Below are positions 1 through 10,994 of a DNA stretch of 53,894 bases, one piece after another. Every line of letters starts with the position of its first letter. Within the stretch, counting starts at the first letter, position 1. The translations under genes were made by a program, and so were the position numbers. Origin of the DNA: Parcubacteria group bacterium Athens0714_16 (GTDB lineage: Bacteria > Patescibacteriota > Minisyncoccia > Phycocordibacterales > 21-14-all-36-13); NCBI GenBank assembly GCA_007376805.1, contig VMGX01000001.1:136461-190354 (forward strand), written 5' to 3'. The notes under the pieces are model-generated. The model saw only the letters and a list, made by a program, of their open reading frames with translations, was not told where the DNA came from and searched no databases.

Positions 1-1
1 G

Positions 2-835
2 CCAGATGAAATATATCATCTTGGAGCACAAAGCCATGTCCGCGTTAGTTTTGATATGCCAGAATATACAGCAGATGTAACAGGACTTGGAACAATTCGT
101 ATTCTTGATGCAATGAGAGAAGTTGGATTAAGTAAAACAAAATTTTACCAGGCATCATCAAGCGAAATGTTTGGTAAGGCAGTGGAAATCCCACTTAAAG
201 AAACAACGCCTTTCCACCCACGTTCCCCTTATGGGTGTGCAAAAGTATATGCGTATTGGGTAACAAAAAATTATAGAGAGTCCTATGGGATGTTTGCTTC
301 AAATGGGGTTCTCTTCAACCATGAATCACCTCGTCGCGGAGAAACATTCGTAACAAAAAAAATTACACATGGTCTTGCACGCATTAAACTTGGCAAGGAA
401 GAAAAACTCTATCTTGGCAATTTAGATGCTAAACGCGACTGGGGTTATGCAAAAGATTTTGTTTATGGAATGTGGTTAATACTTCAACATAAAAAACCTG
501 ATGATTTTCTTCTTGCCACAAATGAATCCCATAGTGTCAGAGAGTTCGCAGAGGAAGTTGGAAAAGTGCTTGGAATAAATATAATTTGGAAAGGAAAAGG
601 ATTAAATGAAAAAGGTATTGATAAAAAAACAGGAAAAATAATTATTGAAATTGATGAAAAATATTTTCGTCCAGCAGAAGTAGATATACTCCAAGGAGAT
701 TATTCCAAAGCAAAAAGAGAGCTCGGTTGGAAACCTACTACAAAATTTAAAGAACTTGTAAAATTGATGGCGGAAGCAGATTTAGAAAAGGAACAATATA
801 AAGAGCTGAAGGTCTGTAAAGTCGAAAGTTTTTAA
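2..835 (+). CDS. gmd: GDP-mannose 4,6-dehydratase, 5'-truncated by the window edge
   Basis: The frame is open from base 2: [18 protein letters not shown] precedes the listed Met at 56. Gmd blocks are present: [29 protein letters not shown] (SDR YxxxK) and [17 protein letters not shown]. It is followed directly by fcl. Confidence 0.9.
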   Translation, partial: PDEIYHLGAQSHVRVSFDMPEYTADVTGLGTIRILDAMREVGLSKTKFYQASSSEMFGKAVEIPLKETTPFHPRSPYGCAKVYAYWVTKNYRESYGMFASNGVLFNHESPRRGETFVTKKITHGLARIKLGKEEKLYLGNLDAKRDWGYAKDFVYGMWLILQHKKPDDFLLATNESHSVREFAEEVGKVLGINIIWKGKGLNEKGIDKKTGKIIIEIDEKYFRPAEVDILQGDYSKAKRELGWKPTTKFKELVKLMAEADLEKEQYKELKVCKVESF

Positions 836-857
836 AGTCCAAAGTTATTAAAACTAA

Positions 858-1787
858 ATGAAAAAAAATTCAAAAATCTATATAGCTGGACATCGCGGAC
901 TTGTTGGCTCTGCATTAAAAAGAAAGTTGGAAAAACTTGGTTATACCAATATAGTAACAAGAACACGCGAACAACTAGACCTTCTTGATAAAAATAAGAC
1001 GCTTGAATTTTTTAAGAAAGAAAAACCAGAATATGTATTTTTGGCAGCAGCTAAAGTTGGGGGTATTATGGCAAACAAAACTTCTCCGGCAGAATTTATA
1101 TATGAAAACTTAGTTGTTGAAACTAATGTTATTCATAGCGCTTACCTTACAAAAGTAAAAAAACTTCTTTTCCTAGGAAGCTCTTGTATATACCCCAGAG
1201 ATTGTTCACAACCGATTAAAGAAGAATATTTAATGACTGAGGCTCTCGAACCAACAAATTGTAATTATGCATTATCCAAAATCGCCGGTATCTTTATGTG
1301 CCAAGCATACAACAAACAATTTGGAACAAATTTCATTTCTGTTATGCCTACAAATCTATACGGTCCAAATGATAATTTTGATTTAAATAATTCACACGTA
1401 TTACCCGCATTGGTTAGAAAATTTCACGAAGCAAAAGTACGGGGATCAAAAGAAGTTATCGTTTGGGGAACAGGCTCATCAAAACGAGAGTTTCTTCATG
1501 TTGATGACCTCGCGGATGCTTGTATTTTTCTTATGCAAAAATATAATGATTCGGAAATTATAAATATTGGAACAGGTAAAGATCTCTCTGTTAAAGAATT
1601 AGCAGAAAAAATAAAAAAAATTACTGATTATAATGGTAAAATAGTTTGGGATAAAACCAAACCCGACGGCACACCAAGAAAATTACTTAATGTAAACAAA
1701 CTTCATAAATTAGGATGGAAACATTCAATACTATTAGACAAAGGTATCGCATTAACATATGAGTGGTATAAAAAAAATTATGAGTAA
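858..1787 (+). CDS. fcl: GDP-L-fucose synthase (GDP-4-keto-6-deoxymannose 3,5-epimerase/4-reductase)
   Basis: Rossmann motif IAGHRGLVGSAL, SSCIYP, catalytic YALSKIAG (YxxxK) and MPTNLYGPNDNF. It sits immediately downstream of gmd, as in GDP-fucose operons. Confidence 0.85.
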   Translation: MKKNSKIYIAGHRGLVGSALKRKLEKLGYTNIVTRTREQLDLLDKNKTLEFFKKEKPEYVFLAAAKVGGIMANKTSPAEFIYENLVVETNVIHSAYLTKVKKLLFLGSSCIYPRDCSQPIKEEYLMTEALEPTNCNYALSKIAGIFMCQAYNKQFGTNFISVMPTNLYGPNDNFDLNNSHVLPALVRKFHEAKVRGSKEVIVWGTGSSKREFLHVDDLADACIFLMQKYNDSEIINIGTGKDLSVKELAEKIKKITDYNGKIVWDKTKPDGTPRKLLNVNKLHKLGWKHSILLDKGIALTYEWYKKNYE

Positions 1788-2601
1788 AACAACTATAATA
1801 AAACCTAAAAAAACATTCAGTTTTGAAGACATCAAGGAAATTTGGCAATACAAAGAACTCGCGTACTTTTTTGCATGGAGAGATACAAAAGTTAGATACA
1901 AGCAAACTTTTATAGGCATTGCGTGGGCTGTTTTTCAACCATTCGTAGCAATGGTAGTATTCAGTATTTTTTTTGGAACATTAGCAAAAATGCCATCTGA
2001 TGGTGTCCCATATCCTATCTTTGTGTATTCTGGATTATTATTCTGGCAATTTTTTTCCTCCGCGCTTAGTGAAACAAGTAATTCGCTGGTTGGAAACGCT
2101 GGAATAATAACGAAAGTATATTTCCCTAGATTAATTTTACCGATTTCCGGCGTTGTAACTAAGTTTGTAGATTTTGGGATTGCCTCGCTGATCCTCGTGG
2201 GATTAATGTTTTATTACAACATCACTCCAAATCCAATAATATTACTAATATTACCTCTATTACTTTTAATCACATTTATTGCCGCCATGGGAGGAGGACT
2301 ATTTCTTGCATCAATCAATGTAAAATATAGAGATGTAAGATATGTACTCCCCTATTTTATACAAATGTTACTTTTTGTTACACCTGTAATATATCCCGCA
2401 AGTATCGCGGGAAAATGGTCTTTTCTCTTAGCCCTTAACCCGATGACTGGAGTCATAAAAGCATCGCGCGCCGCTCTTTTCGGCACCGAACCAATAAATT
2501 GGGAACTTTTGGGAATTTCTCTTATTGCCGTCTTAATATTATTAGTAATAGGTATTATATTTTTCAAAAGAACAGAGAGATATTTTGCAGACATTATTTA
2601 G
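1780..2601 (+). CDS. ABC-2 type polysaccharide/teichoic-acid export permease (Wzm/TagG-like)
   Basis: Multi-pass hydrophobic protein with the ABC-2 N-terminal block FAWRDTKVRYKQTFIGIAWAVFQP. The ATG at 1780 overlaps the fcl stop by 8 nt (ATGAGTAA). The ORF-track start at 1759 is less likely. Confidence 0.8.
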   Translation: MSKTTIIKPKKTFSFEDIKEIWQYKELAYFFAWRDTKVRYKQTFIGIAWAVFQPFVAMVVFSIFFGTLAKMPSDGVPYPIFVYSGLLFWQFFSSALSETSNSLVGNAGIITKVYFPRLILPISGVVTKFVDFGIASLILVGLMFYYNITPNPIILLILPLLLLITFIAAMGGGLFLASINVKYRDVRYVLPYFIQMLLFVTPVIYPASIAGKWSFLLALNPMTGVIKASRAALFGTEPINWELLGISLIAVLILLVIGIIFFKRTERYFADII

Positions 2602-2611
2602 TTAAAACTTT

Positions 2612-3871
2612 ATGACTAATTCTATTGAAATAAAAAACATAGGGAAAAAATACGATATCACGCATCAGCGGGGTAGTTATGTTTCATTGAGAGATGTAAT
2701 AACAAATATATTAAAAAACCCATTTAAGCACGCTAAACATAAGGTTAAAAAAGTTTTAGGAAAAATAGAAAAAGAAGAATTTTGGGCACTTAAAGACATT
2801 AATTTAACAATAAAAAAAGGTGAGATAATCGGAATTATAGGAGCAAATGGCGCAGGAAAATCTACTTTACTAAAACTTCTTTCTAAAATCACCCCTCCTA
2901 CAACGGGAGAAATAAAAATAGATGGAAAAGTTGCTTCTCTCTTAGAGGTCGGGACTGGGTTCCACCCAGAACTTACGGGAAGAGAAAACATTTTTCTTAA
3001 TGGGGCCATCCTTGGTATGACAAAGAAAGAAATTGTTGAACGATTTGATAACATTGTTGAATTTTCTGGAGTAAAACAATTTTTGGACACGCCAGTAAAA
3101 AGATACTCGTCTGGAATGTATGTTCGTCTTGCATTTGCGGTTGCCGCACATATGGAACCGGATATTTTAGTTGTTGATGAAGTTTTGGCTGTGGGAGACG
3201 CAGAATTTCAAAAAAAATCTCTCGGAAAATTGGATGAGGTCTCAAAAACAGAGGGGCGCACTATTTTATTTGTGAGCCACAATATGGTAGCAATACAAAA
3301 ACTCTGCAAAAAAACCATCTTGCTTGAAGAAGGTAAAATCAAAATGGTTGGGGAGACGAAAGAAGTGATTGATTTTTATTTTCATCGTCAAGGCGAAACG
3401 AGTAAATTACCACTTGAGGAAAGAAAAGACAGAAAGGGTAGCGGGAATGTACGATTTACTAAATGTGAACTTCTTACCCCATCTCTCGAAAACCGTGTTC
3501 TCAAACTTAAATTATCATACAAAAATAAAACAGAAAATACGTACAACAATATAAAAATATCCGTAGACATAAAAAATACCAACGGAGAACATCTTGCTAA
3601 CATAACGAATAATGTTCTTGACCAAAAAATTAATATCCAGAAGGGCGTCGGGAGTATCTTTCTCAAAATTATAAATTTCAATCTTGAAAGCGGAGAATAT
3701 ACGTTCAGTCTTTTCATGGCAACTGACAAAATGAACTCGGAAATACTAGATTCTGTGGAAGATGTGCTTATGTTTAATATTGATAATGGTGGTTTTTATA
3801 ATACCGGCAAACTACCACCAATAAGAAGCAAGGTTTTTTTTGATTTTATATTTAATAATAACAAAAATTAA
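2612..3871 (+). CDS. ABC exporter ATP-binding protein with extra C-terminal domain (Wzt/TagH-like)
   Basis: Walker A GANGAGKST, signature YSSGMYVRL and Walker B ILVVDEVLAVGD. About 170 aa follow the nucleotide-binding domain, the position where Wzt proteins carry a glycan-cap-binding domain. Confidence 0.85.
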   Translation: MTNSIEIKNIGKKYDITHQRGSYVSLRDVITNILKNPFKHAKHKVKKVLGKIEKEEFWALKDINLTIKKGEIIGIIGANGAGKSTLLKLLSKITPPTTGEIKIDGKVASLLEVGTGFHPELTGRENIFLNGAILGMTKKEIVERFDNIVEFSGVKQFLDTPVKRYSSGMYVRLAFAVAAHMEPDILVVDEVLAVGDAEFQKKSLGKLDEVSKTEGRTILFVSHNMVAIQKLCKKTILLEEGKIKMVGETKEVIDFYFHRQGETSKLPLEERKDRKGSGNVRFTKCELLTPSLENRVLKLKLSYKNKTENTYNNIKISVDIKNTNGEHLANITNNVLDQKINIQKGVGSIFLKIINFNLESGEYTFSLFMATDKMNSEILDSVEDVLMFNIDNGGFYNTGKLPPIRSKVFFDFIFNNNKN

Positions 3872-3935
3872 CACGGCGAGGTGAAAAAGTTTAAAGAAAA
3901 TAAAATAAAATTTATCTAATTTAAATAAAATAATT

Positions 3936-5714
3936 ATGTGTGGAATCATTGGAATCACAGGCAAAAATATTAGTGCATATAACAAAGAGACGCTTGACGC
4001 GATGCTCGGTAAACTCTCCAAACGCGGTCCCGATGACTGTGGCACGGTTTTATTCCCTACATGCTTGCTTGGACAAACACGTCTTTCAATTATTGACCTC
4101 ACAAGCGGACATCAACCAATGAGCGACAACAAGCGCGATATGGCAATCACTTTTAACGGGGAAATTTATAACTATCGCGAACTTAAAAAGGACCTTGAGA
4201 CAAAAGGATATATTTTTTCAACAAATTCAGATACTGAGGTAATTATTAAAGCATATCAAGAATATGGCGATGAGTGCCCAAAATACCTTGATGGCATGTT
4301 CGCTTTCGCAATTTGGGATAACGAAAAAAAGCGGCTCTTTATGGCACGTGACCGATTTGGTGAAAAACCTCTTTACTATGTGTTTGATGACAAAAAAAAC
4401 CTTCTAATTGCCTCTGAGATAAAGGCATTATTTGAATCAAGACAAATCAAAGGCAAGATTGATTATGAAGCAATTGATAATTATTTAACTCTCATGTATA
4501 TTCCCCCATGGAAAACGGTTTATAAAAATATCAATGTAATTCCACCCGCGTCTTTCTCTGTTTTTGAAAATAATAATCTACAGATTAAAAAATATTGGCA
4601 ATTAGAAAAAATGGGGGCGCCAACAACATACACAGAAGCAAAAGAAGAAGTACGCCGTCTCTTGACTGAATCAGTTGAGAAAAGAATGATAGCAGACGTT
4701 GAGATAGGTTCATTTCTCTCTGGTGGTGTTGACTCAACACTTATAACAGCCATTGCTCAATCTTTTTCCGAGACGCCAATCAAAACCTTTTCAGTGGGAT
4801 ATCAAGATTACATCAACGAGCTCCCCTTTGCGGCAGAGGCGGCACAAAAGATCGGGACCGATCATCACACACTCCAAGCAAAAGACGATATGGTGCAAGA
4901 GCTTGAAACTGCTATCGAATACTTCGACGAACCGCATGCCGACTCATCAGACTTTCCGCAATACATCCTCTCAAAATTTACCGCACAAAAGGTAAAAGTT
5001 GCTCTATCTGGAGATGGAGCAGATGAACTTTTTCTTGGTTACGGATGGTATACGCGGCACAAAAACCTTTCTTACCGCGCGCATTTTAAAGAAAAAGTTT
5101 TTATGAATCCATTTGACGGATACCTCAATGCGGTACAAGTCTTCACTCCAAAAGAAAGAGCAGTGCTTTGGAAAAATCACGGATACGTAAATGGGGATTT
5201 CATAAACGATGAAATGATAAACTCAAAACTTTCATCTGCAGAAAAAATAAATCTGTTTGATCTTACCACCTATCTTCCCGGCCAACTTCTCGTCAAATCA
5301 GACCGAATGGGGATGATGAATTCCCTCGAAGTGCGCTCCCCTTTTCTTGATTATCATCTCGCTGAATTTGTTTACCGCCTTCCGGACGACTACAAGACAA
5401 ACACCACGATGTTCAAGCGTATCCTGAAAGACATTTTGGGTGAAATAATGCCACAGGAATTCGTCCACCGCAGGAAACAAGGCTTTGGCGCTCCGGTTAA
5501 AAAATGGCTACGAAAAGAAACTTTCAAAAAAGAGGTCTGTGAGAAACTTTATAATTCGAATGCGGACATCTACTCTGTTATGGACGAGCAGTTCGTAAAA
5601 ACAATGATTGATAACTTTTATCTTACTGGCAATGACCAATACAATTATAAGATCTGGGTATTATACTGCCTAGAACTCTGGTTTAATTCACATAAACAAT
5701 ATTTTGCTCCATAA
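3936..5714 (+). CDS. Asparagine synthase (glutamine-hydrolysing) family amidotransferase
   Basis: Starts MCGI (Cys2 Ntn nucleophile), has the PP-loop SGGVDS, and has full AsnB-like length. Its position inside a glycan locus suggests sugar-acid amidation. Confidence 0.85.
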   Translation: MCGIIGITGKNISAYNKETLDAMLGKLSKRGPDDCGTVLFPTCLLGQTRLSIIDLTSGHQPMSDNKRDMAITFNGEIYNYRELKKDLETKGYIFSTNSDTEVIIKAYQEYGDECPKYLDGMFAFAIWDNEKKRLFMARDRFGEKPLYYVFDDKKNLLIASEIKALFESRQIKGKIDYEAIDNYLTLMYIPPWKTVYKNINVIPPASFSVFENNNLQIKKYWQLEKMGAPTTYTEAKEEVRRLLTESVEKRMIADVEIGSFLSGGVDSTLITAIAQSFSETPIKTFSVGYQDYINELPFAAEAAQKIGTDHHTLQAKDDMVQELETAIEYFDEPHADSSDFPQYILSKFTAQKVKVALSGDGADELFLGYGWYTRHKNLSYRAHFKEKVFMNPFDGYLNAVQVFTPKERAVLWKNHGYVNGDFINDEMINSKLSSAEKINLFDLTTYLPGQLLVKSDRMGMMNSLEVRSPFLDYHLAEFVYRLPDDYKTNTTMFKRILKDILGEIMPQEFVHRRKQGFGAPVKKWLRKETFKKEVCEKLYNSNADIYSVMDEQFVKTMIDNFYLTGNDQYNYKIWVLYCLELWFNSHKQYFAP

Positions 5715-6244
5715 TGAAAAACTTCATCAACAATCTCCTTAGAAAAACAGGGTATCAAATCTCAAAATTTGATGTGGCTCCGTATGTGTTCCGAAATAAG
5801 CTTAAAAGCTTTCTCGATGAAAATGTACCGCGAGGTAAAATACTGGATATTGGTTCCGCGCAATGGAACTACCCCAAGGAACATTTCAAAAATGTCACCA
5901 CACTCGACTTAAGACCGCCCGCTGACGTCATCGGCAGCATTATGAACCTCCCATTCGGTGATGAGAGTTTTGACTGTATCGTTTGCTTAGAAACCTTAGA
6001 GCATGTTGAAGATCCTCTCAAGGCAATGCGTGAAGCATATCGCGTCCTTAAACCGGGTGGTAAATTTATTGGATCAGCACCATTTGCCTACGGGCTTCAC
6101 GGCGAAGAATATGGCGACTACTGGCGGTTCACGAGGCAATGTTGGGAAAAATTATTGATGAAAAATTTAAAAAATGTTTCAATAGAACCATACGCAGGAA
6201 AAACACTTGCTCCAATGGGGTACTTGGTGGTAGGAACCAAATAA
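5714..6244 (+). CDS. Class I SAM-dependent methyltransferase (type 11)
   Basis: ILDIGS motif I; LPFGDESFDCIVCLETLEHVEDPLKAMREAYRVLKPGGKF is a typical Methyltransf_11 core. The start overlaps the upstream stop (TAATG). Confidence 0.75.
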   Translation: MKNFINNLLRKTGYQISKFDVAPYVFRNKLKSFLDENVPRGKILDIGSAQWNYPKEHFKNVTTLDLRPPADVIGSIMNLPFGDESFDCIVCLETLEHVEDPLKAMREAYRVLKPGGKFIGSAPFAYGLHGEEYGDYWRFTRQCWEKLLMKNLKNVSIEPYAGKTLAPMGYLVVGTK

Positions 6245-6245
6245 T

Positions 6246-7244
6246 ATGAGTAACTCAAAAAACAAAACAATAGAAACTCCGCCAATCGCGTTTATGATTT
6301 TCAATCGCCCAGAATATACCAAGGCGGTGTTTACTGAAATTCGAAAAGCACGGCCTAAAAAATTGTTCATTATTGCTGACGGTCCCCGCACGCCATCAGA
6401 GGAAGCGGCGTGCTTAGAAACACGTGCAATAGTCGAACATATCGACTGGCTATGCGAAGTACACAGAAACTATGCTGAAAAAAATTTAGGGCTCAAAGAA
6501 CGATTTCGCTCAGGCCTTAATTGGTTTTTTGAAAACGTAGAGGCGGGTATCATTCTTGAGGATGATTGTCTCCCTCACCCTTCGTTTTTTAGGTTCGCAG
6601 GTGAGATGCTTGAAAGATATAAAGATAATAAACAAACTATGATGATCTCGGGTGATAATTTTCTTCCCAATTTTGAAATAAAAGACAGCTATACTTTTTC
6701 AAAATTTTTTTCAATCTGGGGATGGGCAACATGGCGCCGTGCGTGGGTAAAATATGACGTTGATATGAAAAGTTGGGATTCACCCTCATACAAAAGAAAG
6801 ATTAAGGAGATATACAATAAAAAATATATGCGGACGCATATGACAAAAATGTTTGATGATGTTTATGCAAACAGACTTAAGACATGGGATGTGCAGTGGC
6901 TTTACACATGTCTCATGCATGACGGGTTGTGTATCATCCCATATGTAAACCTTGTTTCAAACATTGGCATATCTGGTACACATCAAGGAGGGTATAATCA
7001 GAATCTGCCGATCTTCGACATATATAGGGGTAATTTTACCCACCCACAAGTGATCACACACAACATCGAATATGATAATATTTTTTACGAACGAGATTTT
7101 AAGCCAAAGTTCCAAAGCATTCGTGCGCATCTTTATGGTAAGATGGTTGCAACTCTTGTACAATATGAAGCAATAAAAAAAATCTATCGTTCTTTAGTGA
7201 AAGTAAAAATTTTTATATCATCTAAAAGGGGTTCGTGGAATTGA
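6246..7244 (+). CDS. GT-A fold glycosyltransferase (GNT-I/HlpA-like nucleotide-diphospho-sugar transferase)
   Basis: N-terminal beta-strand IAFMIFNRPEYT, IIADGPR and an EDD-type acidic motif ILEDDCLP. Assigned from motif resemblance only. Confidence 0.5.
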   Translation: MSNSKNKTIETPPIAFMIFNRPEYTKAVFTEIRKARPKKLFIIADGPRTPSEEAACLETRAIVEHIDWLCEVHRNYAEKNLGLKERFRSGLNWFFENVEAGIILEDDCLPHPSFFRFAGEMLERYKDNKQTMMISGDNFLPNFEIKDSYTFSKFFSIWGWATWRRAWVKYDVDMKSWDSPSYKRKIKEIYNKKYMRTHMTKMFDDVYANRLKTWDVQWLYTCLMHDGLCIIPYVNLVSNIGISGTHQGGYNQNLPIFDIYRGNFTHPQVITHNIEYDNIFYERDFKPKFQSIRAHLYGKMVATLVQYEAIKKIYRSLVKVKIFISSKRGSWN

Positions 7245-7261
7245 GTTAATAATTAAATTTC

Positions 7262-8173
7262 ATGAAAAATACAATTAAAAAATTAAAAAAGAAAATTTGG
7301 AACTACCTAAATTTTGACAATAGACTCAGGGCGGTCGAGGGATTGATCATGCGGGAATCTAATATCCAGAAGATGCTATTGGGTACTATCCTTACCGAAA
7401 ACTTACTCAAAAAAGGAGAACTGGGTGATATACACGAAGCAGAATTCAAGATTTTTTCTCAATGGGGGGACGACGGAATAATCCAATATTTAATAAACAA
7501 CATTGATACTCCAAAAACATTTGTCGACATTGGAGCGGGAAGGTACACACAGCCAGACACCAGATTTTTATTGGAGCACGACAATTGGTCTGGTCTTACA
7601 ATTGATGGTTGCTCTGTAGACCATCTCAAGAATAGCGGGCTTTACCCTTGCTATGATATAACGACAAAGCAAGTTTTTGTTACCACAGAAAATATAAACG
7701 AAATAATAGATTTTAAGGAGATTGGCTTACTTAATATAGATATTGATGGCAACGACTACTGGATATGGAAAGCGTTAAAGATCAACCCCGTTATAGTTAT
7801 AATAGAATACAATCCCTATTTTGAATTAAGACCAATTACCGTCCCTTACAACAAAGAATTTGTAAGAAATGCTGCTCATCATAGTTCTATGTATTATGGT
7901 GCATCGTTGATGTCTCTGTGTGACCTCGCAGAAGAAAAAGGATACGTTTTTATTGGGTGCAATAGTCACGGAGGAAACGCCTATTTCATTAGAAAAGATA
8001 AAATTGGAAAATTAAAAGTAGTAACACCGCAAGAGGGGTATAGAGCAACAAAGTCCCGAGAGCACCGGGATAAAAACGGAAATCTCACTTTTACAGCTCC
8101 TAAGAAAGCGGTTGAGAGCTTTAGAGGAATGCCTGTTTTTAACACACAAAAAAACAAAGAGGAGTTATTCTAA
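7262..8173 (+). CDS. Putative SAM-dependent methyltransferase (FkbM-like)
   Basis: EFKIFSQWGDDGIIQYL...FVDIGAGRY...GLTIDG...LLNIDIDGNDYWIW resembles FkbM-type methyltransferases found in LPS loci. This is a weak, motif-level call. Confidence 0.45.
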   Translation: MKNTIKKLKKKIWNYLNFDNRLRAVEGLIMRESNIQKMLLGTILTENLLKKGELGDIHEAEFKIFSQWGDDGIIQYLINNIDTPKTFVDIGAGRYTQPDTRFLLEHDNWSGLTIDGCSVDHLKNSGLYPCYDITTKQVFVTTENINEIIDFKEIGLLNIDIDGNDYWIWKALKINPVIVIIEYNPYFELRPITVPYNKEFVRNAAHHSSMYYGASLMSLCDLAEEKGYVFIGCNSHGGNAYFIRKDKIGKLKVVTPQEGYRATKSREHRDKNGNLTFTAPKKAVESFRGMPVFNTQKNKEELF

Positions 8174-8194
8174 TGCGTGTTTATTTTTAGTTTT

Positions 8195-9364
8195 ATGCCC
8201 ACATTTGACGTATTGCGAATCTACAAAAACAAGGTCTCCAACAAGTTATTTGGGGTTGTGCATTTGCCATCCATTGGTAAAAAGAAGGGTGATGTTCTTC
8301 TTTCTTATATCACTGAATCTTTTACATGCACACCGAGCGAGAGGTTTACTGATCCACACACCAACAAATGGGAGTGCTCAGAAATTGTTCGCTTATTCAC
8401 GTTACGTGGATATGCAGTCGACGTTATCAATTTCAAAAATACTGACTTTATCCCTCGAAAAAAATATGTTGCATGTATAGATATCATGCAAAATCTTGAA
8501 CGCCTGACAAAATACCTGCCAACTAACTGCAAGAAAGTTATGCATATCACTTCTGCTTATGGTGAATTTCAGAACACTGTTGAGAAACAACGCCTCCTAG
8601 AACTTAAACGCCGAAGGAATATCTCTCTCACACCCCATCGCACGGGAGTTGTCTCAAATAACCCGGCGTACGCTGATTTCCTTGAGGGATTGGGGAATCA
8701 AACGACACATGCCACCTACGCCCGGTTCAAAAAACATATTTACCCTATTCCTATATCAGTTGCACGAGAATTTGATTTGCCGGAACAAAAAAACTTTGAA
8801 ACCGCGCGGACACATTTTTTGTGGTTTGGTGGAGGTGGGGCGATACTCAAAGGACTTGATCTTGTAATCGAAGCATTTGCCGATCTACCTAAATTATCCT
8901 TGCATATCGTTGGCCCATTGGCTCGGGAAAAAGACTTCGTACAGGCATACAAATACGAGCTTGCGCTTCCTAACATAAAATATTATCCGCGACCGCACAT
9001 TTTCCCAGATGGAGAAATGCGCTCCGGAGACATCCCATTTCTTGATATAGCGAATCGCTGTTCCACGCTCATCTACCCTTCGGCTTCCGAAGGGACGTCC
9101 GGCGCAGTCGTACAGGCAATGCATGCCGGAATCATTCCTATTATCACGAAACAAACGGGGATTTCCGAGGATGCGCCGGTGATCATCTGTGATACGCCTA
9201 CCGTAGAATCAATCCGGGATCTCGCCATACAAATCACCAAAACCGACCCGCTTGAACTCCGGGAGAGCGCATACAAGGCATGGGGTTACGCGCGGGCACA
9301 TCACACACAAAAAACTTTCAGCGAAGCATACTCGCGTTTTATTGATGATATACTCCATTTATGA
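8195..9364 (+). CDS. Glycosyltransferase family 4 (GT-B, group 1)
   Basis: C-terminal GT-B block FLWFGGGGAILKGLDLVIEAF ... PSASEGTSGAVVQAMHAGIIPIIT (EX7E-like). An ATG at 8195 is preferred over the GTG at 8177. Confidence 0.75.
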   Translation: MPTFDVLRIYKNKVSNKLFGVVHLPSIGKKKGDVLLSYITESFTCTPSERFTDPHTNKWECSEIVRLFTLRGYAVDVINFKNTDFIPRKKYVACIDIMQNLERLTKYLPTNCKKVMHITSAYGEFQNTVEKQRLLELKRRRNISLTPHRTGVVSNNPAYADFLEGLGNQTTHATYARFKKHIYPIPISVAREFDLPEQKNFETARTHFLWFGGGGAILKGLDLVIEAFADLPKLSLHIVGPLAREKDFVQAYKYELALPNIKYYPRPHIFPDGEMRSGDIPFLDIANRCSTLIYPSASEGTSGAVVQAMHAGIIPIITKQTGISEDAPVIICDTPTVESIRDLAIQITKTDPLELRESAYKAWGYARAHHTQKTFSEAYSRFIDDILHL

Positions 9365-10149
9365 ACAAGCCATTAATTTCAGTGATAATACCAACACACA
9401 ACAATTCCTCTACTTTAAGAGAGGCTATTAATTCAATAATTAATCAGACATACAAAAATTTGGAAATAATAATAATTAACGATAATAGTTCTGATAACAC
9501 TTTTGATATTGCAAGAGAATTTGAAAAAAAAGACAGTAGAATAAAAATTTATTATCTCCCCTTTGACGATCCAAATCGTGTAAATAAAAAAGGGAGAAAT
9601 ATAAATGCCGGATATATGGCAAGAAATTATGGTTTTGAAAAATGTAATGGAGAATGGATTACTTTTCAAGACGGAGATGATATTTCTTTACCAAATAGAA
9701 TTGAAATCCAGTATAAATTAACACAAAAATATGATTCAAATCATGTTTGTATAAATTGGAAAAAAGAATATAGAGAAGAAAATAAAATAGATTTAGATGA
9801 CAAAACTAAATTAATAAACAATGCCTCTCTATATAATTTATCTCAAAAAACAAAAGGTTTAATGTACAAATTATTTGGTAAATTAAATTCACATATATCC
9901 TTCCATATTAAAACAATGAGAATACTAAACAAACTATTTTTTGGGTCTTTAGAGCCATATCCACTATGTGGAAGCGTACCCATGGTAAAGAAAGAGATCA
10001 CAGATAAAATAAAATTTAGACAATTGAACGATAGAGTTTGGCCATCATTTACTGGAAGAGGTGCGGACAGAGATTTTAATTTTGCAATTGCAGAAAAATA
10101 CAAAAAGAGTATCTGCTTTGATACCCACCTCTATATATGGAGAGCTTGA
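9361..10149 (+). CDS. Glycosyltransferase family 2
   Basis: ISVIIPTHNNSSTLREAINSIINQTYKNLEIIIINDNSSDNT plus QDGDD (DxD). The start overlaps the upstream stop (ATGA). It ends with TGA. Confidence 0.8.
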   Translation: MNKPLISVIIPTHNNSSTLREAINSIINQTYKNLEIIIINDNSSDNTFDIAREFEKKDSRIKIYYLPFDDPNRVNKKGRNINAGYMARNYGFEKCNGEWITFQDGDDISLPNRIEIQYKLTQKYDSNHVCINWKKEYREENKIDLDDKTKLINNASLYNLSQKTKGLMYKLFGKLNSHISFHIKTMRILNKLFFGSLEPYPLCGSVPMVKKEITDKIKFRQLNDRVWPSFTGRGADRDFNFAIAEKYKKSICFDTHLYIWRA

Positions 10150-10247
10150 AATTTGTGAATAAGAAAATTTTAAGTGATTACTAAAATATTAGCAATTTGA
10201 GATATATTCTGTGTATAAAATGTAAGTACATAGCCCAACCAAATTGA

Positions 10248-10991
10248 TTAGTCTTTTTCTATAACTGAAACACCTTTGTGTCGAACAACTTGAGATGCGC
10301 ATTCATTTGCAAACGCAATTGCACTTTCAATACTTTCTGTTTCAGCATATTTCACAACCAAGGCTGCAAAAAAACTATCCCCTGCCCCAGACGTATCTTT
10401 CACTTCTACTTTTTGTGCTACCGGATATATTTTACCTTTAAAAATAGAGCCATGTTCTCCTTTTGTGTGAATTATTTTATCCGCAACTTCACTAGATATA
10501 TACGGCTTTGATCGTTCGTATTCGTAGTTGTTTATCTTAATGAATTTCGCTTTTACCGCCCAATCCCCCAATATTTTTTTGGTATCAATGAATACATTAT
10601 TATGATGCTCAAAAATGTAAGCCATATCTTCCTCGTGTAAAAACCCTTTATTGTAATCAGAAATAGCAATGATGTCGTATTTTGAGAGTAGAATACTCTC
10701 TACCTTAACTCGTGGTATATGGTGATCGGTATCCACACGAATGAATATGTGGTTTGTGTCACGATGTATATATCGTGTCTTCGTGACTTCCTGCCACTTC
10801 TCATTCGTATATAAATCGACGTTAGAAAAAATACCCCTGATGTTTCGTTCAACATTAGCTGCCATCCCTGGATTTTCTTTTTGTTCAATAATGTTCAGTA
10901 CTGGAATTGGCAAATCAGGAGCCAAGCGTTCGGCCTTACAATACACAAAGATATCACGACAGCTTTCTCCTATGACAAGTATTTTTTTCAT
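10248..10991 (-). CDS. PfkB-family sugar(-phosphate) kinase (RfaE domain-I-like, short)
   Basis: KILVIGESCRDIFV at the N-terminus and the PfkB signature DTSGAGDSFFAAL near the C-terminus. Confidence 0.7.
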   Translation of the reverse strand: MKKILVIGESCRDIFVYCKAERLAPDLPIPVLNIIEQKENPGMAANVERNIRGIFSNVDLYTNEKWQEVTKTRYIHRDTNHIFIRVDTDHHIPRVKVESILLSKYDIIAISDYNKGFLHEEDMAYIFEHHNNVFIDTKKILGDWAVKAKFIKINNYEYERSKPYISSEVADKIIHTKGEHGSIFKGKIYPVAQKVEVKDTSGAGDSFFAALVVKYAETESIESAIAFANECASQVVRHKGVSVIEKD

Positions 10992-10994
10992 TTT

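Noticed and set aside
10147-10149. The genome might use an alternative genetic code (UGA recoding, as in some CPR lineages).
   Set aside because: TGA terminates well-defined genes (for example the GT2 gene at 9361-10149) at positions consistent with family length. All recognised genes are full length under the standard bacterial code.
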